Source: Erysipelotrichaceae bacterium
GTDB taxonomy: Bacteria; Bacillota_I; Bacilli_A; Erysipelotrichales; Erysipelotrichaceae
Direction: 5' to 3'
DNA: 64,000 bases
NCBI GenBank assembly: GCA_017473265.1
Contig: JAFULQ010000022.1
Span: forward strand, 4,954 to 68,953
In this document: piece by piece, positions 57,123 through 64,000 of the stretch
Layout of the letters: each line of letters opens with the position of its first letter
How positions within the stretch are numbered: the stretch's first letter is position 1
Made by a program: the position numbers and the translations under genes
The notes under the pieces: generated by a model
Databases searched by the model: none
The model's input: the letters and a program-made list of their open reading frames with translations, nothing else
Told to the model about the DNA's origin: nothing

Positions 57123-58504
57123 TATTCTCTACCTCCAACAATCATTTGACTTACACGAATCGCTGGTTGACCAACATCCGTTGGAATAGAACCACTACTA
57201 GAACCACACATACCTTGCGCACGTTTTAAATTATTGCCTACTTTATCAATCTTTAATAATGTTTCTGCACCATTACCAATTAAACTAGCACCTTTAACTG
57301 GTTTTGTAATCTTACCATCTTGAATTAAATATCCTTCTTGTACCGCAAAGTTAAAATCACCAGTAGAAGGATCTACACTACCACCACTCATACTCTTACA
57401 ATATAAACCATATGGTGTATCCGCAATCATTTCTTCCAATGTATCTTCACCATTTAGAATAAAGGTATTTGTCATACGAGAAGTTGTTTCATATTTATAA
57501 GATTGACGTCTACTATTTGAAGTAGATGGCATACCCATTCTTCTACCATTTAACGTATCAATCATATATCCTTTTAAGATACCATTTTCAATTAATAGAT
57601 TACGTTTTGTAAAATTACCTTCATCATCCACATTACTAGAACCCCAAGCATTAGTGATTGTACCATCATCCACAGCACTTACTTTGCTACTCGCAATCTT
57701 TTCTCCTAATTTGCCACTAAATACAGACTGATTTTTCGCTACAGAAGATGCTTCTAAAGAATGTCCACAAGCCTCATGGAAAATAACGCCACCAAATCCA
57801 TTATCAATAATAACTGGCATATTTCCACTTGGACATTCATCGGCATATACTAATGTTTTCGCAATACGTGCAGCTTCTTTACCTGCTTCATATGGATTCA
57901 TTTCACTATAGAACTCAAAACCTTTACTAGCCCCTGGTCCATAGAAACCTGTTTCCATTTTGTCACCATCAATCGCAATGACTTGAATAGCTAAACGAGT
58001 ACGAATACGAGTATCTTGTACATATTTACCTTCTGTATTACTAATCGCTACTTCTTGTTTTTCATCTAAATAACGAACCATCACTTTTTGAATCACAGGA
58101 TCATATTCACTAGCACCTTGTGTTGCTAATTTAGCCACTTTAATCTTTTCTTCACTAGAAACATTTGTAGGATCCATTAAAATAGGATGTTGATTTTCAT
58201 ATACAACTTCAATCAATTCCTTACAAGATACTTTCTTTTCTTCATCATAAGAAGCAGATAAATCCTTAGCCATCTTACGTAAATTATCCATACTGGTATC
58301 ATTAGAATACGCATATACACTCTCTGTGCCATGATAAATACGCATACCAATACCATATACAATACCACTATTGGCTTGTTCAACTTGACCATTCAATAAA
58401 CCATAAGAATGTGTTGTTTTCTTTTCTTCAAAGATTTCCGCAAAATCTCCACCCGTAGATACACACACATCTAAGATTTCTTGTAATTGTTGTTTTTCTA
58501 ACAT
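57122..58504 (-). CDS. tldD: TldD metalloprotease
   Basis: The zinc site HEACGHSLE is present. I placed the start at ATG 58504 (MLEKQQLQEILD) behind AGAGGTG. Confidence 0.88.
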   Translation of the reverse strand: MLEKQQLQEILDVCVSTGGDFAEIFEEKKTTHSYGLLNGQVEQANSGIVYGIGMRIYHGTESVYAYSNDTSMDNLRKMAKDLSASYDEEKKVSCKELIEVVYENQHPILMDPTNVSSEEKIKVAKLATQGASEYDPVIQKVMVRYLDEKQEVAISNTEGKYVQDTRIRTRLAIQVIAIDGDKMETGFYGPGASKGFEFYSEMNPYEAGKEAARIAKTLVYADECPSGNMPVIIDNGFGGVIFHEACGHSLEASSVAKNQSVFSGKLGEKIASSKVSAVDDGTITNAWGSSNVDDEGNFTKRNLLIENGILKGYMIDTLNGRRMGMPSTSNSRRQSYKYETTSRMTNTFILNGEDTLEEMIADTPYGLYCKSMSGGSVDPSTGDFNFAVQEGYLIQDGKITKPVKGASLIGNGAETLLKIDKVGNNLKRAQGMCGSSSGSIPTDVGQPAIRVSQMIVGGRE

Positions 58505-58596
58505 AATGTTCACCTCTAAATAGTATTGTACTACAAAATAGGCTTTCTTCCTAAGAATAAGACGCAAATTTCCATAATCTATAGTGGAGGAAATTT

Positions 58597-59367
58597 ATGT
58601 ACACCACCTTACTCTATGCTTTTTTAGGAACGATGTTTCCCTTTATTCTTACTACCATTGGTTCTGCATTAGTTATATTTTTGAAAAAACCACCCAACAA
58701 AAGTTTTGAGCGCGTATTATTAGGCTTTGCCTCTGGGGTTATGATAGCCGCAAGCATTTGGTCTTTATTATTACCTGCCATAGAAAGTGCACAAGCACAA
58801 GGAACACATGGATGGATTGTGGCTAGTTTAGGATTTTTGTTTGGCGGTATTTTTCTATTACTCACAGACTTTTTATTAGACAAATTCAATACATTTAAAA
58901 CACCCAAACAAAAACGTAATTTTCTATTTTTCTTTGCAGTAACGATGCATAATATTCCAGAAGGCATGGCAGTCGGTATTGCTTTTGCTCTAGCACTAAA
59001 TTCAACCAATATAACACTTGCAAGTGCTATCGCTTTATCCATTGGTATTGCATTACAAAATCTACCAGAAGGCATGGCCATTTCTTTACCACTCTATCAA
59101 AGTGGATATCCTAAATGGAAAGCCTTCCTACTAGGTTCTTTAAGTGGTATTGTAGAACCTATTATCGGAACACTTACTGCTTTTTGTTTTTATCAATTAC
59201 AAAGCTTTTTACCCTGGTTATTATCCTTTGCGGCTGGAGCGATGATTTATGTCGTTTGTGAAGAACTAATTCCCGAAAAAGAAGGAAAAGACAAATGCCA
59301 TCGTAAAACCATTGGGGTAATGCTTGGCTTTACCATTATGATGATATTGGATGTTGCCTTAGGATAA
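58597..59367 (+). CDS. ZIP family metal (zinc) transporter
   Basis: HNIPEGMAVG and QNLPEGMA are present. Confidence 0.88.
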   Translation: MYTTLLYAFLGTMFPFILTTIGSALVIFLKKPPNKSFERVLLGFASGVMIAASIWSLLLPAIESAQAQGTHGWIVASLGFLFGGIFLLLTDFLLDKFNTFKTPKQKRNFLFFFAVTMHNIPEGMAVGIAFALALNSTNITLASAIALSIGIALQNLPEGMAISLPLYQSGYPKWKAFLLGSLSGIVEPIIGTLTAFCFYQLQSFLPWLLSFAAGAMIYVVCEELIPEKEGKDKCHRKTIGVMLGFTIMMILDVALG

Positions 59368-59389
59368 TTTTCTATTTATAATTAAGCAT

Positions 59390-61939
59390 ATGAAAAAGAC
59401 AGTAATCGGAATTGTAGCGCACGTAGACGCAGGAAAAACAACATTATCAGAAAGTATCTTATACCTAACAAATACCATTCGTAAAAAAGGTAGAGTGGAT
59501 CATAAAGATACCCATCTAGATTATGATAACCAAGAAAAAGATCGTGGAATAACGATCTTTTCAAAGCAGGCTCGATTCAATTATTTAGATACACAATTCA
59601 CGTTAATTGATACTCCAGGACATGTAGACTTCAGTAGCGAAATGGAACGAAGCCTACAAGTTTTAGACTGCGCAATTCTAGTTATTAATGGTTGTGATGG
59701 TGTACAAAGTCATACGGAAACCATTTGGAAACTACTAAAACACCATCAAATACCAACCATTGTATTCATTAACAAAATGGATATTAGTTATCTAACCAAA
59801 GAAACTATTTTAGAACAATTACACAAATTAGATATGAATATTGTAGATATCACAGAATCATACGCAGAAGCCTATGATACCATCGCAACCAATAGCGAAG
59901 AACTATTAGAAAAAGTATTATCAGAAACAATTACCGTAAAAGATATCCAACAAGAATTCAATCAATTACATGTATATCCATGTATCTTTGGTAGTGCTTT
60001 AAAAGAAGATAAAGTAGACACCTTACTTGAAACATTAAATGAATTAACCATCCAAAAACAATATCCACAAACTTTTGGTGCTAAAATCTACAAAGTCACT
60101 CATGAAGACAATAAACGTTGGGTACATATGAAAATTACTGGTGGTACTTTAAAAGCAAAAGAGATTATCAACGAAGAAAAAATTGATCAAATTCGTTTAT
60201 ATAACATGGATAAATACGAAACCGTAACTGAAGTATCTGCAGGTGATGTTTGCACCGTATCTGGACTTACTTTACAAGCCAATGATGCATTAGGTTATGA
60301 ATCCAATAATACACCAATCCTATCAAGTTATATGAAATATCGTATGGTATTACCTAAAGATTGTGATGTACAAACAATGTTACGTAATTTACAACTTCTA
60401 GCAGATGAAGATCCTGAATTAAAAATCTCATTTGATGATGATGTTAAAGAAATCCATCTACAATTAATGGGTGAAATTCAAATCGAAATTCTTAAAAATA
60501 TCATCAAACAAAGATTCAATGTCGATGTAGACTTTGACCATGGTAGTGTAGTTTTTATGGAAACGATTACCGAAGCAGTAGAAGGTGTTGGACACTTTGA
60601 ACCACTTAGACACTATGCAGAAGTTCATTTGTTATTAGAACCTCTTCCTAGAGGCAGTGGACTTGTATTTGATACCAAATGTGATGAAGATCGTTTAGCT
60701 AAAAACTGGCAACGATTAATATTAACTCACTTATATGAAAAGAAACATAAAGGTGTTTTAACCGGTTCTACCATTACCGATATGAAAATCAGTTTAGTAT
60801 CAGGTAAAGCACATATCAAACACACTGAAGGTGGCGACTTTAGACAAGCAACCTATCGTGCAGTAAGACATGGTTTACGTACAACAAAATCTTTACTATT
60901 AGAACCATATTATCAATACAAATTGGTTATCCCTTCTAGTTATTTATCTAGAGCTATTTATGATATTGAACAAAGAAATGGTACATTCACTATTGAAGAA
61001 AATGATAATGATTTATGCATTCTAACAGGAAAAGCTCCAGTAAGAAAACTAGCGAACTATCAAATGGAAGTTTTAAACTACTCTAAAGGATTAGGCAAAT
61101 TAACTTGTTCTTTAGATGGTTATGATAAATGTGTAGATGCAGAAGAAATCATTACTACTATTAACTATGATTGTGATAATGACGCTGAAAACCCTTGTGG
61201 TTCTGTCTTCTGTGAAGGTGGTGCTGGATTCTATGTGCCATACAACGAAGTTGAACAATATATGCATCTAAAAATGACATATACTAAACAAGCCCCAGAA
61301 CGTATAATCAGTGCACAACCACGCAAATACAATATTTCTGATGAAGAATTAAAACGTGTAGTTTCTAGAATACATGGTCCTGAAAGACCTAAGAAAGTAA
61401 TAGAAGCCAAGAAAGTAAAAGCAGAAGTAAAAACACCAGCAAAACCAGTAACTATCAAAAAGAAATGTGTATTGGTTGATGGATATAACATTATCCATTC
61501 ATGGGAAGAATTAAAAGAACTAGCTAGCCATCAATTAGACGCTGCTAGAGACAAATTAATAGATTTACTATCTAGTTATCAAGCCTATAAAAAATGTCTA
61601 CTTATCGTCGTATTTGATGCCTACAAAGTAAAAAGCCACGTAGGTTCTCAACACTACAATGGCAACATTCATATTGTATTCACAAAAACCGCACAAACAG
61701 CAGATGAATACATTGAAAAAACAGCTCATGAACTAAGTAAAGACTATCAAATCACAGTTGCGACTAGTGATGCTTTAGAACAATTAATCGTCTTTGGACA
61801 AGGTGCAGTACGTATTTCTGCTAGAGAATTCGAAAGAGAAATCAAATACTTACACACATCCAACACCAAAGAATACCAAAGCAAACAAACAGGTGGACAC
61901 TATCCACTACAAGAATTACGGAAATTAAACGAGGAATAA
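59390..61939 (+). CDS. Tet(M)/EF-G-like translational GTPase fused to a C-terminal YacP/Rae1-type NYN ribonuclease domain
   Basis: G1 is AHVDAGKT, G3 is DTPGH and G4 is NKMD. The body shows Tet(M)-like blocks (LPRGSGLVFD, LLLEPYYQYKLVIPSSYLSRAIYD, ILTGKAPVRKLANYQ). A K/P-rich linker follows. The NYN motifs are VLVDGYNIIH, IVVFDAY, FTKTAQTADEYIEK, VATSDALEQ and GQGAVRISAREF. It is a single uninterrupted 849-codon frame. Confidence 0.85.
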   Translation: MKKTVIGIVAHVDAGKTTLSESILYLTNTIRKKGRVDHKDTHLDYDNQEKDRGITIFSKQARFNYLDTQFTLIDTPGHVDFSSEMERSLQVLDCAILVINGCDGVQSHTETIWKLLKHHQIPTIVFINKMDISYLTKETILEQLHKLDMNIVDITESYAEAYDTIATNSEELLEKVLSETITVKDIQQEFNQLHVYPCIFGSALKEDKVDTLLETLNELTIQKQYPQTFGAKIYKVTHEDNKRWVHMKITGGTLKAKEIINEEKIDQIRLYNMDKYETVTEVSAGDVCTVSGLTLQANDALGYESNNTPILSSYMKYRMVLPKDCDVQTMLRNLQLLADEDPELKISFDDDVKEIHLQLMGEIQIEILKNIIKQRFNVDVDFDHGSVVFMETITEAVEGVGHFEPLRHYAEVHLLLEPLPRGSGLVFDTKCDEDRLAKNWQRLILTHLYEKKHKGVLTGSTITDMKISLVSGKAHIKHTEGGDFRQATYRAVRHGLRTTKSLLLEPYYQYKLVIPSSYLSRAIYDIEQRNGTFTIEENDNDLCILTGKAPVRKLANYQMEVLNYSKGLGKLTCSLDGYDKCVDAEEIITTINYDCDNDAENPCGSVFCEGGAGFYVPYNEVEQYMHLKMTYTKQAPERIISAQPRKYNISDEELKRVVSRIHGPERPKKVIEAKKVKAEVKTPAKPVTIKKKCVLVDGYNIIHSWEELKELASHQLDAARDKLIDLLSSYQAYKKCLLIVVFDAYKVKSHVGSQHYNGNIHIVFTKTAQTADEYIEKTAHELSKDYQITVATSDALEQLIVFGQGAVRISAREFEREIKYLHTSNTKEYQSKQTGGHYPLQELRKLNEE

Positions 61940-61942
61940 CAA

Positions 61943-62851
61943 ATGAATACACTAACCTTTATTGGTGGTAATCAAAAAGAAATAAATGCTATTCTTTGGT
62001 TACCAGAAACAAAACCAAACTATATTCTACAAATCGTACACGGTATGACTGAGCATATTGGACGATACCACAACTTCGCAAAAGAATTAAATACATATGG
62101 TATAGGTGTAGTAGGATTTGACTTACGAGGTCATGGACACAATGACTCATTGCCTCAAATTGCTTCATTTAAAGAAGATGGTTGGCAAGCTTCATTAGAA
62201 GACATTCATGCTTGTAAACAAGCCATTATCAAACAATATCCAAATACTCCAATCTATATTTTAGGATTCTCATTAGGCTCATTTTTAGTAAGAGAATATC
62301 TAAGTCTATATCCTGAACATATAGCTGGAGCCATTATTGTAGGAACAGGAAAACAACCAAAAGCAATATTATCTATAATTAAAGCACTAGTAAAAAAAGA
62401 AATTCAAAAAAATGGTTTCAACCAAACAACATCACTAGTTAAAAAACTTTCATTTGAAACCTATAACCAAAAATTTAAACCAAATCGCACAGAAGCCGAT
62501 TGGTTATGTGCCGACAAACAAGAATTGGATAACTATCTAAATGATCCACTATGTCGCAAATACATTTCTAGTGGTCTATTCTATCAATTACTAGACTCTA
62601 TGCAAAAAACAGGAGAAAATAACATCTATACAAATTATCCTAACATTCCATATCTACTATTATCTGGAGAAAAAGATGCAGTAGGAGATTTTACAAAAGG
62701 TATTTTACAAGTTCAAAAAGACATGGAAAAACACCAATTACAAGTAGAAACGCATCTACTACCAAATGCTCGACATGATATTTTCCATGAAATAGACACT
62801 GGAACAACAAATAATGTAATTCAAATTATTCATCATTGGATTAAAAAGTAA
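61943..62851 (+). CDS. alpha/beta hydrolase (lysophospholipase / monoglyceride-lipase-like)
   Basis: HGMTEH, the nucleophile elbow GFSLGS and the C-terminal ARHDIFHE are present. Confidence 0.8.
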   Translation: MNTLTFIGGNQKEINAILWLPETKPNYILQIVHGMTEHIGRYHNFAKELNTYGIGVVGFDLRGHGHNDSLPQIASFKEDGWQASLEDIHACKQAIIKQYPNTPIYILGFSLGSFLVREYLSLYPEHIAGAIIVGTGKQPKAILSIIKALVKKEIQKNGFNQTTSLVKKLSFETYNQKFKPNRTEADWLCADKQELDNYLNDPLCRKYISSGLFYQLLDSMQKTGENNIYTNYPNIPYLLLSGEKDAVGDFTKGILQVQKDMEKHQLQVETHLLPNARHDIFHEIDTGTTNNVIQIIHHWIKK

Positions 62852-63017
62852 TATAAAAAAGCTGTAATATGGTCAACATTAAATTTAATACGACCACTAC
62901 TACAGCTTATTTTATTTCCCTTTATATTTTCTTCCCATTACCATAATCTTTCCATAACTAATAACATTTTGATGAGCCTTTTTAATTATCAAACATCGGA
63001 AATTTAGTTCGTTATAC

Positions 63018-63052
63018 AAAAAGGATATCAAATCCTTAGATTTGATATCCTT
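63018..63052 (-). terminator. intrinsic terminator of the second CWB2 gene
   Basis: On the minus strand the hairpin is AAGGATATCAAATC-TAAG-GATTTGATATCCTT followed by TTTTT. Confidence 0.7.
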
Positions 63053-63063
63053 AATTCATTTAT

Positions 63064-64000
63064 TTATTTTTTGAAAATAGCATCTTTAGCTTCATCAGTA
63101 ACTAACTTATTACCACCCAATACATAACCAGCTGTAATATTTTGGCTATTTGTATACTTAGCTGTAATACTGAAGTTAGCCTTTTGCCCATTTGTTAATA
63201 ATAATGGAGATTGTAATGCATACGCTAATGCTCCACCACTTAATCCATCAGGGAAATTAGTTGCTAATGCTACTACTGCATAACTTGGTTTTTCAAAATA
63301 CTTATCAGCTACCATTACTGATGTTTCATATCTTGATGATCCTGCTAAACGACTTACATTTTCATATTCTTTCTTCAATTCTTTTTCTACAGTCTTATTA
63401 ACTGCTCCTTCTCCACCAACAATAACTACATTGGTTTCTGGTAATGTTTCCATAAAGAATACTTTTTGTCTTGCCGTTAAGTTCTTACCAACTAATAACA
63501 TTGGTTGTCCTGTTGCACTTGCACTTAAACTATCTGCAAAATTCGTTCCTGTACATACTAGTAAATCATTATATCCTACACCACCAGCTCTTCTTAAAAT
63601 CGCTAAGTTCGTTTCATATCTATCATTACCAGCTAAACGCTCTATTGCAAATCCATTTAATTGTTTTTCTACTTTATCACTTACTGCAGCTGTTCCACCT
63701 AAAATAAACACGATTCCATCTGCTTTTAAGTTTGTCTTAATATAGTCAACTAATTTTTGGATATTCGCATCTTTCTTATCTGTCATTAAGATAGGTGCAT
63801 TTTGTTTACTTGATAAGTAAGAACCAGCTAATGCATCCGCAAAGTTTGTTCCATTTGCTACGATTACTGCATCAAATTTTTCTACACCCAATGTTAATTT
63901 TAATGCATCCGCTACTTTAAATGCTGTTTCATAACGAGAAGCACCAAATACACGAGTAACACCTGTACATACTGTACTACCTTCTGGTAGCTTAGAACCT
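63064..64000 (-). CDS. cell-wall-binding (CWB2) repeat protein, C-terminal part (N-terminus beyond the window end)
   Basis: The frame stays open upstream of the track TTG start through to position 64000 (...GSKLPEGSTVCTGVTRVFGASRYETAFKVADALKLTLGVEKF...). Three CWB2 repeats are visible (FGASRYETA, RLAGNDRYETN, RLAGSSRYETS). Confidence 0.8.
   Translation of the reverse strand, partial: GSKLPEGSTVCTGVTRVFGASRYETAFKVADALKLTLGVEKFDAVIVANGTNFADALAGSYLSSKQNAPILMTDKKDANIQKLVDYIKTNLKADGIVFILGGTAAVSDKVEKQLNGFAIERLAGNDRYETNLAILRRAGGVGYNDLLVCTGTNFADSLSASATGQPMLLVGKNLTARQKVFFMETLPETNVVIVGGEGAVNKTVEKELKKEYENVSRLAGSSRYETSVMVADKYFEKPSYAVVALATNFPDGLSGGALAYALQSPLLLTNGQKANFSITAKYTNSQNITAGYVLGGNKLVTDEAKDAIFKK

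Noticed and set aside
55791-58504. The TldD/PmbA pair as part of a microcin/RiPP maturation system.
   Set aside because: No precursor peptide, modification enzyme or export genes are nearby. The flanking genes are a ZIP transporter and an sdpRI-like pair. It is most likely the housekeeping protease pair.
59390-61939. Calling the GTPase a tet(M)/tet(O)-type tetracycline resistance gene.
   Set aside because: It shares only the general fold and blocks. The domain-IV loop residues associated with drug release in Tet(M) are not present, and the protein carries an extra nuclease domain. No resistance claim is justified without testing.

Overview
This is a 64-kb chromosomal segment from a low-GC Gram-positive anaerobe, roughly one-third G+C by eye. 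The gene content fits a gut Erysipelotrichia/Clostridia-type Bacillota, but the taxon cannot be proven from this window. The supporting genes are PFOR, desulfoferrodoxin, CWB2 wall-anchored proteins, a GT4 glycolipid operon, and B. subtilis-like alaS-yrzL-ruvX-yrzB-mltG-udk-greA and spx-mnmA-recD2 synteny. I count about 62 protein genes, mostly on the minus strand, and 3 tRNAs (Trp; initiator-Met + Phe). There are two T-box leaders (Ala upstream of alaS, Trp upstream of a PspC-like gene plus trpS), one probable lysine riboswitch ahead of an amino-acid ABC importer, and many clean intrinsic terminators. I saw no CRISPR array, transposase, integrase or prophage genes. Most of the window is housekeeping. 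The items most worth a second look are these. (1) An 849-aa Tet(M)/EF-G-like translational GTPase is fused in frame to a YacP/Rae1-type NYN endoribonuclease domain (59390-61939). (2) A gene-free 0.8-kb gap (about 26000-26580) holds two, possibly three, tandem promoter-to-terminator units that look like paralogous C-rich small RNAs, with covarying stems and phased TTCACA repeats. (3) A GT4 glycosyltransferase is fused to a RecX-like domain inside a glycolipid operon. (4) A 60-bp diverged duplication of the alr 3' end brackets a single CWB2 surface-protein gene, which looks like a cassette-insertion footprint. (5) A membrane-anchored ORF is split by one in-frame TGA. (6) An AT-rich Abi_2 (AbiD/F-like) gene sits alone next to tRNA-Trp, with a tiny convergent promoter-terminator unit overlapping its 3' end. 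All functional calls come from motif recognition by eye. No database search was run.
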